A stretch of 64,000 nucleotides of DNA from sequence record PX418922.1. One strand, written 5' to 3'. Position numbers and translations under genes: made by a program. The notes below the pieces were generated by a model. It saw only the letters and a program-made list of their open reading frames with translations, ran no database searches and was not told the origin of the DNA. This document shows positions 17,690 to 27,250 of this stretch, in pieces (the stretch's first letter is position 1; each line of letters starts with the position of its first letter). Origin of the DNA: a phage.

Positions 17690-18691
17690 ATGCCAGCAGT
17701 AATTTTAGATCAGGTTGTAGATTTCAGCCCTATGATCGAACTTCAGGATTCCCCTGATACACTGATTGCCAGCCTGAATCTGTTCAGTGTTGACTATCAT
17801 TCAACTACCGCTATTGAAATCGGTAAAGAAAAAGCTGAAGATGCTCTGATCTCCGCTCGTGAGCGTGGTGGTGAGCGTAACTTCCTGACCATGAAAAATC
17901 CAGAACTGAAAGCGTTCCGCATTCCGTTCTTCCCTCTGGATAAAAACATCAAAGCTCAAGATATCCAATCTTTCCGTAGCTTTGCAATGGCAGGAATCAA
18001 TGACTCTCTGCGCACAGACGCTGAAGTTGTTAACCGCTATATGTCCCAGATTCTGCGTGACGTAGCAAAAACCAAAGAGAAAATCTTTGCAGAAGCAGTT
18101 ATGGGTCGTGCCTATAACGGCGTAGGTGGTGCAGCTAACTCTGCATACAACTGGTATACCGAATGGGGTGCTACCCAGAAATCTGTTGCTGTAGACTTTG
18201 CTTCTACCACTGTTTCTCCAGCAGCCACTATCGAACAAGAAGCTCGTGCTTACATCATCGATACTAAACAAGATGGCTCTACCGCTACCCGTATCGTAGC
18301 TCTGTGTTCTCGTGAGTTTTTCGCATCTCTGGTTAACTCTCCATTTGTTCGCCAGGCATATCAGTATTTCCAGGGAACTCCTAACCTTCTGCGTGACCGC
18401 CTTAGCGGTAACATGGATGTTCAGGTGTTCGAATGGAACGGTGTAACTTACATTGAAGATATCCACGGTAACATCCCTGCTGGTGAAGCATATGTTCTGC
18501 CTATGGGTATCGAAGGTATGTTCCAGGCGCACTACGCTCCTGCGGATACCCCAGAACTGGCTAACACCCAGGCTCGTGAACTGTATACCTTCATGATCAG
18601 CCAGCACCGCACTATTCAGCTTCAGTCTGAATTCTCGCTGCTCGCAGTTAACACCCGTCCAGAACTGGTAGTTAAACTGACTACGGCTTAA
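17690..18691 (+). CDS. major capsid protein (lambda gpE-like)
   Basis: 333 aa; C-terminal LANTQARELYTF recalls the GNTQARGLRTYG region of lambda E; strong RBS AGGAGATTAATATA; followed by terminator. Confidence 0.8.
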   Translation: MPAVILDQVVDFSPMIELQDSPDTLIASLNLFSVDYHSTTAIEIGKEKAEDALISARERGGERNFLTMKNPELKAFRIPFFPLDKNIKAQDIQSFRSFAMAGINDSLRTDAEVVNRYMSQILRDVAKTKEKIFAEAVMGRAYNGVGGAANSAYNWYTEWGATQKSVAVDFASTTVSPAATIEQEARAYIIDTKQDGSTATRIVALCSREFFASLVNSPFVRQAYQYFQGTPNLLRDRLSGNMDVQVFEWNGVTYIEDIHGNIPAGEAYVLPMGIEGMFQAHYAPADTPELANTQARELYTFMISQHRTIQLQSEFSLLAVNTRPELVVKLTTA

Positions 18692-18712
18692 TAGAACTCT
18701 GTTAATATTAGA

Positions 18713-18745
18713 GGCTCGTCCGTGATGGGCGAGCCTTTTCTGTTT
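18713..18745 (+). terminator. rho-independent terminator after capsid gene
   Basis: GGCTCGTCC-GTGAT-GGGCGAGCC hairpin followed by TTTTCTGTTT. Confidence 0.65.
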
Positions 18746-18775
18746 ACAATAAGAGTTTACAATGAGGAGATTGAT

Positions 18776-19120
18776 ATGTCAAACCCAGAATTGAAACGTT
18801 ATTTTAGTTATCACGAAATGATTCGTGATTTCGAATCGCTTTCACCACTGATCGATGCTGATAAAACATTAGTATCTGCGCCACCAATGTCTTTCTATCT
18901 GAAAGATGGTCGTATTGCATTAGGTGGAAACTTCATTCACTTCCTCACGCGTTTGAGAGAAGAAACAGGTATTCTTGTGCATCCTTTTGCAAGTGAAGAA
19001 CACATGGGTTACTATCTTGTAAGTTACGAAGACTATTCGCCTGTAAAAATCAAAGAAGAAGTTTTAAAAGTAGAAGCGGTAGACACTCCAGCTAAAAAAC
19101 GTTCCCTTCGTAAAAAATAA
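18776..19120 (+). CDS. hypothetical head-tail connector region protein
   Basis: Start moved to MSNPEL (RBS AATGAGGAG) because the track start lies inside the terminator hairpin. Confidence 0.45.
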   Translation: MSNPELKRYFSYHEMIRDFESLSPLIDADKTLVSAPPMSFYLKDGRIALGGNFIHFLTRLREETGILVHPFASEEHMGYYLVSYEDYSPVKIKEEVLKVEAVDTPAKKRSLRKK

Positions 19121-19129
19121 GGTGGGCTT

Positions 19130-19678
19130 ATGCTGAATGCGGTAGAGTTGGCACCACTGATCCGAATTCTTGTTTATAACCCTTCTCAAGAAGTATTGCC
19201 AGATGCGATGCTGATTCAGATCATCCAAACTTGGATTGATATTATAGGGAATGAAGATAAGGATAAGTGTGCAGTATTGTGGAACAGCTTGATTTCTGTT
19301 TTAGAGTATTTATGGAACAACGATGTTCTTAACAACAGTACTCAAACAGGAGGAGCTATGTCCCGCAGAGAAAAGATGGGTGAAGTCGAAGTTGAAGTTA
19401 AATTTAACAACGGTCAAGTCACTTATAAATCTCCGTGGGAAGATATCTATCATAACTATTTAAATGGTCTTATGGTGATCCCTGGGTGCACGGCAGGACG
19501 AGGAGCAACCAGCAAAGTTCTTATTGGCGGTGTGGATGCTCGTGAGATTGATCGAGTAAACAGCGATCCTAACTCTGTAAATGGTCTTGGTAATGTTGCA
19601 AGTGTTGATCGTAATACACGCAACGTTAATTATTTGCGAAATTACGGACCTGTTTCTTTTTATCGTAGGGACAAATAA
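19130..19678 (+). CDS. putative head-tail adaptor/connector protein
   Basis: Position between capsid and tail genes. Confidence 0.4.
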   Translation: MLNAVELAPLIRILVYNPSQEVLPDAMLIQIIQTWIDIIGNEDKDKCAVLWNSLISVLEYLWNNDVLNNSTQTGGAMSRREKMGEVEVEVKFNNGQVTYKSPWEDIYHNYLNGLMVIPGCTAGRGATSKVLIGGVDAREIDRVNSDPNSVNGLGNVASVDRNTRNVNYLRNYGPVSFYRRDK

Positions 19679-20166
19679 TGGAAAGTGAGATCTTACCAGG
19701 TGACGATACAGATTGGGAAACCATTATCAAAAAGATGATGGACCTTGAACAAGTTCAAATCGAGGCTGGTTTTTTAACAAACAAAAGGCATCCTGAATCA
19801 GATCTCACTATTCCTGCAATAGCAGCTATTCAACAATATGGTAATGAAACAAATAACATACCTGCTCGCCCTTTTATAACAGATGGTGCTGTTATCTCAC
19901 AGAACAATATCGCTAAAAAGATGAAGCAGGTGTTTGCAAATTACTTACTGAATAATGTCGGGTTAGCTGTTTTTGAGCCTATAGCGAGAGCCTCTAGAGA
20001 AGGAATAGCTCAAGCGATTGCAATGCAACGTTATCGTCCTTTATCTCCTGTGACAATTAAGATACGACAAGATAAAGGCAACTATTCTAATCATATCTTA
20101 ATAGATACGGCACACATGATAAATGCAATCGAAACAAAAATCACAAAAAGCAAGTCTAAAAAATAA
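19678..20166 (+). CDS. putative head completion / neck protein
   Basis: Position; overlapping ATG with upstream stop. Confidence 0.4.
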   Translation: MESEILPGDDTDWETIIKKMMDLEQVQIEAGFLTNKRHPESDLTIPAIAAIQQYGNETNNIPARPFITDGAVISQNNIAKKMKQVFANYLLNNVGLAVFEPIARASREGIAQAIAMQRYRPLSPVTIKIRQDKGNYSNHILIDTAHMINAIETKITKSKSKK

Positions 20167-20211
20167 CTTGCATAAACTTTGTTTTTGATGTATACTAAAA
20201 AGGAGATACAA

Positions 20212-20628
20212 GTGTTACTAGATCAATTTACTCTCCTTGATCTAACTGAATACCAAGGTCGTAGACGAGTCTACAAAGAGGCAGTTGGTTCAGTTATTGC
20301 TAACTTAGAAAGTAGTGTAGAATATGAACCATTTACCATTGAAGCGGCAAGCTTACAACCGATATCTGGTAAAACACTGAATGCACTACCTGAAGGTTAC
20401 AGATCTAAGGCTCAATATAGTTTCTGGACTAAAACAGAAATGAAGGGGTTACAACAAGGAACAGAACAGTTATCAGATCAGATATTGATAGATGGTAAAT
20501 GGTATTCTGTTTATTCCCTTAAAGATTGGACCAGAACATCTTTCTTAGTCCATCATCACTGTGTTGCGATATTAGACGATCAAAACAACTCCTGGTCTTA
20601 TGGAACAGAAGGAGGAAACTTTGGCTAA
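20212..20628 (+). CDS. putative neck / tail completion protein
   Basis: GTG start preceded by AAAGGAGATACAA chosen over the track ATG. Confidence 0.4.
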   Translation: MLLDQFTLLDLTEYQGRRRVYKEAVGSVIANLESSVEYEPFTIEAASLQPISGKTLNALPEGYRSKAQYSFWTKTEMKGLQQGTEQLSDQILIDGKWYSVYSLKDWTRTSFLVHHHCVAILDDQNNSWSYGTEGGNFG

Positions 20629-21259
20629 TATTTACCAACAAATAGAAGCATACGAAAATGCCATCTACTTAAATATAGGTGGCTTCCTTCAAGAATTAGT
20701 GGGGTTGCCAGTCTATGTTATGGATAAGCCATTCATTAAACCGGATACTCCTTACCTAGCACTACGTATTATCACTTCCAGCGATTCTGGAGGTTGGTCT
20801 TACCGAAGCTCTATTCAAAATGATATGTATTCCTACGAGATGGATAATACCTACGAGATTGAACTTGTAGCCTATCGTGGAAGACCTACCACTTTGATGA
20901 GCTATGTTCTGGCTGCTCTCCGTGGTGCAGAGGAATTAAAATACAAACATCTCTATTCTAAAGGTCTTGGTTTTTTAGGAGCCTCCAATATAGCCCAAGC
21001 CAATACAATTGTAGACGGAGATAAGACTGAATTAAGAGCGCGTATGGTTATGACGTTCAACACTCGTATGAGTATTGAAGATATTGCTACTACACCAATA
21101 GAAGCAATCAACATGCACATCCGTTCATTCAGAGATAGTTACAATGATCCTATCCCTTTAGATTTAATTCTAAACAGGGTTTATGCAATTACTTTGGTTC
21201 CAGGCGAATACTCGTCAGTCAATCAAAATGGATCATTATTTAACAACCCTACCGAATAA
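20600..21259 (+). CDS. putative tail terminator / sheath completion protein
   Basis: Position before sheath gene; start could instead be the TTG at 20621 behind GGAGGAAA. Confidence 0.4.
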   Translation: MEQKEETLANIYQQIEAYENAIYLNIGGFLQELVGLPVYVMDKPFIKPDTPYLALRIITSSDSGGWSYRSSIQNDMYSYEMDNTYEIELVAYRGRPTTLMSYVLAALRGAEELKYKHLYSKGLGFLGASNIAQANTIVDGDKTELRARMVMTFNTRMSIEDIATTPIEAINMHIRSFRDSYNDPIPLDLILNRVYAITLVPGEYSSVNQNGSLFNNPTE

Positions 21260-21293
21260 ACTCATTGGAATTAAGTTTCTAACAGGAGCATAA

Positions 21294-22667
21294 ATGGCAA
21301 CTTTTCGTGAAAAGGTAGCAACCGTAACTTTACTGTATGGTGCTACATCAATTCGTGAAACCCAGTTCGATATTCCCCTGATCCTTACAGGTCAGAACGT
21401 AACTGGCGAAGCGATTCAATATTACTCTTCTTCCGATGCACTTTTGGAAGCAGGTTATGGATTAAATGATCCAGCGTATATTATGGCAGTCAAACTGTTT
21501 AACGGTTTGTTCCCACCAGATCAAGTCATGGTTGGTAAGCGTGAAGTTACAAACTTTACTCTAACTCCAATCGTAGAAGATAGTGCAACTTACACAATTA
21601 CCATCAAAAATGGTACCAAGAAAAAAGAATTTAAATTCATTGCTGATGACACTGCAACTGCACAAGAGATTGTAGTTGGTCTGACTGAAATGATCAATGC
21701 AGATCTTGTTTATGGTCCACTGTTTACAGTAGCTAACAACGGCGCTGCAATGACTTTCACTCCAGTAGAAGGTAAGTTTGGTTCTATTGACAGCACAGGT
21801 TTCACGCAAGAAACTGTCTATGCTAATGCTATTACGGAAGATATCGCTGCTCTGCATGATATTGATAGTAGCTGGTTCTGGACCCTTTCAGATTCCCATG
21901 AAACAGAAGATGTTCTAGCTTTGGCTGCATGGGTAGAAGAGAATGATAAAGTTTACTTCTTCTCTAGCTCTGAACCTGGAATTAAAACGAAAGCAGAAGA
22001 TAACGTTCTGGAACGACTGAATGACCTCGGTTATAATAACACTTGCTTTGCTTTGTGGATGACCGATGCAGATTCTGTATTCCCAGAAGCAGCAGTTGTT
22101 GGTGCAATCTGTTCTCGTCAACCTGGTTTAACTACTCTTCACGGTAAAACACTGGTAGGTGTAGAGATCGAGAAACTGGATCAGACTTCGGAAAACAATA
22201 TTGTTCAACAGAACGGTAACATCTATCGTAAAGAGCATGGAACTCTGTTCTATCGTGATGGATTGATGGTTAGCGGTTTCTTTGTTGACTATGTTGTTCA
22301 TGCTTTGTGGTTTAAAGCTCGCACAGAAGAATCACTGTTTACACTGTTTAAACAACAGTCTATGCTGGGTGGTGGTGTTCGTGCTACTTCAAACGGTCTG
22401 GCTTTGATTCGACAAGCTGTTCTGGCTAACCCGATCCAAGTAGGTATCCTTAATGGTTCCATCGCTAATGAAGTTGTTACTTCTGAAGAGACTGGTTTGC
22501 GTGTCGATCTGAAACCTATTGTTTATATTCCTTCTCGTGCCGATATGACTGATGCGCAAATCAATGCTCGTCTGGTAGATGGGATGAAGATTGAATATGT
22601 TTACGCTGGCTTCTTCCATTACGTTAAAGTTCAGGTCAACGTCCTGACTAACCGTACTGCAAACTAA
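21294..22667 (+). CDS. tail sheath protein (putative)
   Basis: 457-aa protein followed by 159-aa tube-sized protein, chaperone and tape measure, the canonical contractile-tail order; no motif check possible. Confidence 0.55.
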   Translation: MATFREKVATVTLLYGATSIRETQFDIPLILTGQNVTGEAIQYYSSSDALLEAGYGLNDPAYIMAVKLFNGLFPPDQVMVGKREVTNFTLTPIVEDSATYTITIKNGTKKKEFKFIADDTATAQEIVVGLTEMINADLVYGPLFTVANNGAAMTFTPVEGKFGSIDSTGFTQETVYANAITEDIAALHDIDSSWFWTLSDSHETEDVLALAAWVEENDKVYFFSSSEPGIKTKAEDNVLERLNDLGYNNTCFALWMTDADSVFPEAAVVGAICSRQPGLTTLHGKTLVGVEIEKLDQTSENNIVQQNGNIYRKEHGTLFYRDGLMVSGFFVDYVVHALWFKARTEESLFTLFKQQSMLGGGVRATSNGLALIRQAVLANPIQVGILNGSIANEVVTSEETGLRVDLKPIVYIPSRADMTDAQINARLVDGMKIEYVYAGFFHYVKVQVNVLTNRTAN

Positions 22668-22669
22668 TA

Positions 22670-22695
22670 CGGCGGGGGTTAAGCCCCCCGTTATC
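22670..22695 (+). terminator. GC-rich hairpin (attenuator or terminator) after sheath gene
   Basis: CGGCGGGGG-TTAA-GCCCCCCG hairpin; weak U-tract. Confidence 0.45.
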
Positions 22696-22714
22696 AAAAT
22701 AAAGAGGATCTATA

Positions 22715-23194
22715 ATGGATAAAATGCTTACTGGCGTAATGGCCTACGACCCATCTCAAGTTATCCTTTCATTAGGTGGTTGGGAACCGTGGGGTTTTGC
22801 GGCTGATACTAAAATCGTTATTGCTAAATCTAACGATATTATCAACCCTTATTCAGGGACTGATGGCGACGTTTCACTAGCTTTGAGTCGTAACCGTTTG
22901 GGAACACTCACAATGTCTTTGCAACGCACATCTCCAGCTAACGAAGTACTTGCAACATATGCACAAACAATGTATTCTACTCGTCAAGTAGCGTTCAGTG
23001 TTTACTTGGAAGACCCACGTGGCTATTACATTAGCACGATTGGATGGATTCAAAGTCAGCCTGAAGATACTATTGGCGAAATGATTACAGAGAACCAATG
23101 GGTTATTGGTCTTAAAGATGCAAGCCTTCTGCGTAATGAAGTTGGTGTAGGTTTGAGCACCCTTAACTCAATCTCTGCTCTGACAATTCAATAA
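22715..23194 (+). CDS. tail tube protein (putative)
   Basis: Size and position after sheath. Confidence 0.5.
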   Translation: MDKMLTGVMAYDPSQVILSLGGWEPWGFAADTKIVIAKSNDIINPYSGTDGDVSLALSRNRLGTLTMSLQRTSPANEVLATYAQTMYSTRQVAFSVYLEDPRGYYISTIGWIQSQPEDTIGEMITENQWVIGLKDASLLRNEVGVGLSTLNSISALTIQ

Positions 23195-23201
23195 TAAATA
23201 A

Positions 23202-23222
23202 AGGGCAGAAATGCCCTTTTTA
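23202..23222 (+). terminator. rho-independent terminator
   Basis: AGGGCA-GAAA-TGCCCT hairpin plus TTTTT. Confidence 0.6.
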
Positions 23223-23239
23223 TCATTAGAGAGGAAAAT

Positions 23240-23722
23240 ATGTCACAAGAACAAGATAACACAATTCAAAAATATGCTCGACCAGAAGAAGTAGTTGAGA
23301 TTCCGTTAGATGGAAACAGATCTGTTACTTTCCGTATTATGAAGTGGAGTCCATCTAAAGTGTTTGACAGGATTCCAGAATTGGGTAGTGTTCTGGTTGT
23401 TCCTATGACTATGTATAGCACAGCAACAATGTCCGCAGACGAAGACCTTGAGTCACGTATTGCTATGGCACTGATCCAACTTTTTGCAGGTTTGGAAGAA
23501 AAGAATTTAACTGTCTTTTTGCGTAAAATTTTAGATGAGGTTTATACTCAAGACGGTTATAACGTTGCAGAAAATTTTGATGAATTATTTATGGCTCACC
23601 CAGAACTAGTGTTAGATCTTACGGCTAAAGTTCTGGAGGTAAACTACGGCCCTTTTTTCAAACGAGGTTTCGGAAAACTGTTCACACAGCTTCAGGCGAT
23701 GACGAGTTTAGCAGCAAATTAA
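23240..23722 (+). CDS. tail assembly chaperone (frame 0 product)
   Basis: Position directly upstream of tape measure; contains slippery heptamer near 3' end. Confidence 0.55.
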   Translation: MSQEQDNTIQKYARPEEVVEIPLDGNRSVTFRIMKWSPSKVFDRIPELGSVLVVPMTMYSTATMSADEDLESRIAMALIQLFAGLEEKNLTVFLRKILDEVYTQDGYNVAENFDELFMAHPELVLDLTAKVLEVNYGPFFKRGFGKLFTQLQAMTSLAAN

Positions 23723-23988
23723 CACCTGCGATTGAACATGCTATCGACACAGCAACGAAAACCCTTACTTTGAAGTGGTATGAGGTTATTCTTTGCAAAG
23801 TCGTTAAAGATACCTCGGAAACACTGAAAACATTGGATAACTACGGTGTAGATTATCTTTTAAAACTATATGAGTATTTAACATACGAAGAGTATGTTGA
23901 AGCCATGTATGTTAAAGACACTTCAATAAAGAGAAAACATCAAAACCAGACAAATAAAATGTCAGATTTGTTTAAGAAACTTGTTTAA
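23653..23988 (+). CDS. tail assembly chaperone -1 frameshift extension
   Basis: Slippery T TTT TTC at 23653-23659 is in the X XXY YYZ register of the upstream frame; the -1 frame is open from 23629 to stop at 23986-23988. Confidence 0.5.
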   Translation, partial: FFQTRFRKTVHTASGDDEFSSKLTPAIEHAIDTATKTLTLKWYEVILCKVVKDTSETLKTLDNYGVDYLLKLYEYLTYEEYVEAMYVKDTSIKRKHQNQTNKMSDLFKKLV

Positions 23989-24008
23989 TCCAACACGAGG
24001 AACACACT

Positions 24009-25997
24009 TTGTTAGAAATTAATGCCTCCAGAATTAGTAACGTGGTTACGTTTAAGGTGGACAAGAACAGTCTCAAGGAAGCAAAAGATGCCGTGTTGAG
24101 TGTTCAGAAGTTTGCAAATAAAATGCAACCCACTATGAACATGACCAAGTTTAGACAACAAATGAAAGAGATTGAGCGTGAACTTAAGAAAGCTCAAACT
24201 CAAAGTCAAAAACCTATGCGAGCACCTACTCCCGCTGGAGCGGGTGCTCCTGTAGGAGGATCTGGTAGACCTAGAACTCCTAAAACCCCGCAAGGAAGAG
24301 AAGAAGAAAAAGCTCGTAAAGCTGCTGAACGCGAAGCTAAAGCAGCAGCACGTAGGGAAGATTTAGGTAATCTTCGTTTGCAGAACTTTAACTACAGAGC
24401 AAGAGCATTTAGTAAAGCCAGTCCTGGCGCTATGCAAGAAGCTAGAGATGTTATGGGTAAAGCTGTAGAGCAATACAAAAAGGGTGAAATAACTCTTCAA
24501 CGTATGAACCAAGCTCTTGCTCACCAGTTGGATGCTTTACGCAGATCGCATCGTGAAAAGAATGCTGAAATAGAAGACGAGGTTCGCGGTCGTCGCCGTA
24601 TTCGTAGAGAGTTAGAAGCAGAAGCTAAAATGCGTATACGTATGCGAAATCGTGAACTTAGGGATATAGAACGAAATCGTAAGCGTGAATTAGCACAACA
24701 AAAACGTGATCGTGACCGTAGATATGGGCAATTAAAAGAAGGTGCAGCAGGTCTTAATCCACGTATGATTGCATCCTCTTTGATAGGTGCTGGGCTGTTT
24801 GCAGGTGGTTCTGTAGTTGGTAACACGTTGATGAATACTAACGAAAGAATTAAACTTGTAAGTCGTGGTGCTGAAAACGTTCAGACAAACGCCAACGCTA
24901 TTTTGGCAATGACAGCTTGGGGTGAACAGAACGGTGTAGACTCTGCAAATATTATTAAATCAATAGATAATATTAAAGACGTTCGTGAACGTCTTGGTAA
25001 TACAGTTTTAGCTGCAAAGTGGAATGAGAAAGAAGGGAAGTGGAAAGGCGGTGATAATGGCATAACTGACATTATGAACTTGTTTGGATGGAATCCAGAA
25101 CAACTTAAACCTTTACAGAACGATCCTTTAGCTTTTATTCAGGCTACTGTTAATGAAGGTGAGCGTCGAGGTATGAACTCTGCTCAAATCGGGCGACTTC
25201 TTGAAAACCTTGGTGATGACCTTATGCACTACCAACGTATGTTTAGTAAAAACGGCGAAGGGTATAATGAAGTATTGAAAATGCTTCAAAGAACAGGTGC
25301 AACATTAACTCAAGAACAAATAGATGCTTCTAAAGAGTTTACTCGTTTTGCTGCAACAGTTCAGCTTGTAGGTCAAGGTATGCAGAACCATTTCTTAGAG
25401 GGTTTTGTAAAAGCTTTACCTAAAGATGATTCTTGGTTGGATAACGTTAAAGTGCTAGATCAGTTCGCCAAAGATTTAGGTGAAGAACTTGGTAAAACAA
25501 CAGTTCAACTTGGTGGTTTTGCTAAAGAATTAGGAGATGGTTTCGGATCTTTTACCAATTGGCTTAAAGAAACATTCCCAGATACCTTCGGAGACAACAC
25601 AGATCCTAATAAATCTTTGGCACAAAAAGCATACGAGGCAACGCAAAGTGGAGACAGCAATCCTGTAGCAGATTGGTTGTACAATTTAACAGGTATTGAT
25701 ACACAAGATATTGGTCGTATGTGGAGAGGAGAACAAACAAGGACACGTGCTTTTGGATTTGGTAATCCTCTTGAAGATTTACGTGAATCAGCCTATACAC
25801 CTAACGTAAGTTTGGCTCGTAATCAACCTGTTGTTGAGAATACGGTAGCAATACCAAGTGATCTTATCAAAGTTACGATCAGCCCTTCTTCCGAGTTTGG
25901 AAATATTCTTGATGCAAGAATTCAAAATAGCGGAAATAGTATTTTCCAACGTTTGTCTCTTTCAACTCTAAGTGGACAATCTAACACTGGTGGTTAA
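24009..25997 (+). CDS. tail tape measure protein
   Basis: 662 aa, Arg/Glu/Ala/Lys-rich helical N-terminal half, after chaperone pair; TTG start. Confidence 0.7.
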   Translation: MLEINASRISNVVTFKVDKNSLKEAKDAVLSVQKFANKMQPTMNMTKFRQQMKEIERELKKAQTQSQKPMRAPTPAGAGAPVGGSGRPRTPKTPQGREEEKARKAAEREAKAAARREDLGNLRLQNFNYRARAFSKASPGAMQEARDVMGKAVEQYKKGEITLQRMNQALAHQLDALRRSHREKNAEIEDEVRGRRRIRRELEAEAKMRIRMRNRELRDIERNRKRELAQQKRDRDRRYGQLKEGAAGLNPRMIASSLIGAGLFAGGSVVGNTLMNTNERIKLVSRGAENVQTNANAILAMTAWGEQNGVDSANIIKSIDNIKDVRERLGNTVLAAKWNEKEGKWKGGDNGITDIMNLFGWNPEQLKPLQNDPLAFIQATVNEGERRGMNSAQIGRLLENLGDDLMHYQRMFSKNGEGYNEVLKMLQRTGATLTQEQIDASKEFTRFAATVQLVGQGMQNHFLEGFVKALPKDDSWLDNVKVLDQFAKDLGEELGKTTVQLGGFAKELGDGFGSFTNWLKETFPDTFGDNTDPNKSLAQKAYEATQSGDSNPVADWLYNLTGIDTQDIGRMWRGEQTRTRAFGFGNPLEDLRESAYTPNVSLARNQPVVENTVAIPSDLIKVTISPSSEFGNILDARIQNSGNSIFQRLSLSTLSGQSNTGG

Positions 25998-26004
25998 TAA
26001 AATA

Positions 26005-26026
26005 CCTCGCTTCGGCGGGGTTTTTT
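26005..26026 (+). terminator. rho-independent terminator after tape measure gene
   Basis: CCTCGC-TTCG-GCGGGG hairpin with UUCG tetraloop plus TTTTTT. Confidence 0.65.
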
Positions 26027-26034
26027 CGTTTCCC

Positions 26035-26064
26035 TTGACACGAAGTTTCTATATGTGTTACAAT
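26035..26064 (+). promoter_or_regulatory. sigma70-like promoter (TTGACA-N18-TACAAT)
   Basis: Immediately after terminator, upstream of baseplate genes. Confidence 0.5.
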
Positions 26065-26123
26065 AATCAATATGGGAAGATCTTGCATCTTCCTTTTGGC
26101 ATTATCATTACTACGAGGTTATC

Positions 26124-26825
26124 ATGGCAGCAATGACTCCACAACAGTCGGTGAGAGCCGTCTATAAGGCAGAACAGGAAATCAACTCTACCGAGAATAA
26201 AAATACCTCGGCATCCACTGTAAAGGGTGATAATGGTTTCTGCATTTTAGCAAGTGTTTATAATAGTTCAAGTGATCAATACATTCAAAACTTTAAAGCA
26301 ATTACTTTCGATTCGGTCCCTGAAGTAGGTGTAACTCGTGAGGCAGATGTTACAAGTTTTCCAGTAGAATCAGGATCGGATGTAAGTGACCACGTTCAAA
26401 TAAAAAACAACAGATTTAAACTTTCAGGTATAATTACCGAAACACCAATTCGGCTTATGCGAGATCAATTATACAGTGCAGGTGTAAATGGGGCAAGGAT
26501 TTCTCAAGCAATAGAATATCTAGATCAAATATTTGAGTCAAGACAACCAATAGTTCTTTTGACAGAACACAGGACTTTTGAAAATGTTATTCTCAAAGGC
26601 TACTCTTATGATTATAAATCTGAATTTGCTATGCAATTTGATTTAGAGTTTGAACAAATCCGTCTCGTTTCTAAGGCCACTACTAATGCTATTGCTGTAA
26701 AAACAGCACCAAATAAATCGACTGGTGGTGATGTGAAAGGTCAAGTTGCTTCGAATGGTCCTAAGTCAGATATTACAGTAAGAACTGCTGAAGCTACTAA
26801 TACCCCAACAAACAACGGAGGTTAA
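26124..26825 (+). CDS. tail/baseplate protein
   Basis: Position after tape measure. Confidence 0.45.
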   Translation: MAAMTPQQSVRAVYKAEQEINSTENKNTSASTVKGDNGFCILASVYNSSSDQYIQNFKAITFDSVPEVGVTREADVTSFPVESGSDVSDHVQIKNNRFKLSGIITETPIRLMRDQLYSAGVNGARISQAIEYLDQIFESRQPIVLLTEHRTFENVILKGYSYDYKSEFAMQFDLEFEQIRLVSKATTNAIAVKTAPNKSTGGDVKGQVASNGPKSDITVRTAEATNTPTNNGG

Positions 26826-26827
26826 TA

Positions 26828-27241
26828 GTGACAACTTATTCTAAAACAACAAGGTCTACAAGTAATACAGGCTACAGTGCAGTTTATCTAGAGGACCATT
26901 CTACTTATTTTGCATGGTATCTGAAAACTGAAGAGTATCCTGATCAAACATATACAGTTACATTGGATGGAGTTGATTATGACATTCGTTTAAGGTGGAA
27001 CACTAGGGACGAGTCTTGGCAATGTCAGATTGGATTATCTGGAGATGATCCAAGTATAAGTTTCAAAGTTACAAATGGTTTAGATCTTCTTAAACCTTAT
27101 AAATATCTTGAAAGTGTGCCAGATGGTCAATTGTATATAGTAGATACAGTTAAGATTAATGGTCGTCCTGGGTATACAACTACAGGTCGAGATAAACGTT
27201 TTGTATTGGTTTATATTGATAACAAACCTAATCAGGCGTAA
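26828..27241 (+). CDS. tail/baseplate protein
   Basis: Position. Confidence 0.4.
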   Translation: MTTYSKTTRSTSNTGYSAVYLEDHSTYFAWYLKTEEYPDQTYTVTLDGVDYDIRLRWNTRDESWQCQIGLSGDDPSISFKVTNGLDLLKPYKYLESVPDGQLYIVDTVKINGRPGYTTTGRDKRFVLVYIDNKPNQA

Positions 27242-27250
27242 GGAGATAAT

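Noticed and set aside
17801-18607. 268-aa minus-strand ORF
   Set aside because: Antisense within the major capsid gene; the sense frame has capsid-like sequence and a strong RBS
24012-24826. Minus-strand ORFs (93 and 101 aa) inside the tape measure gene
   Set aside because: Arg/Ser-rich antisense translations of the Ala/Glu/Arg-rich tape measure coding strand
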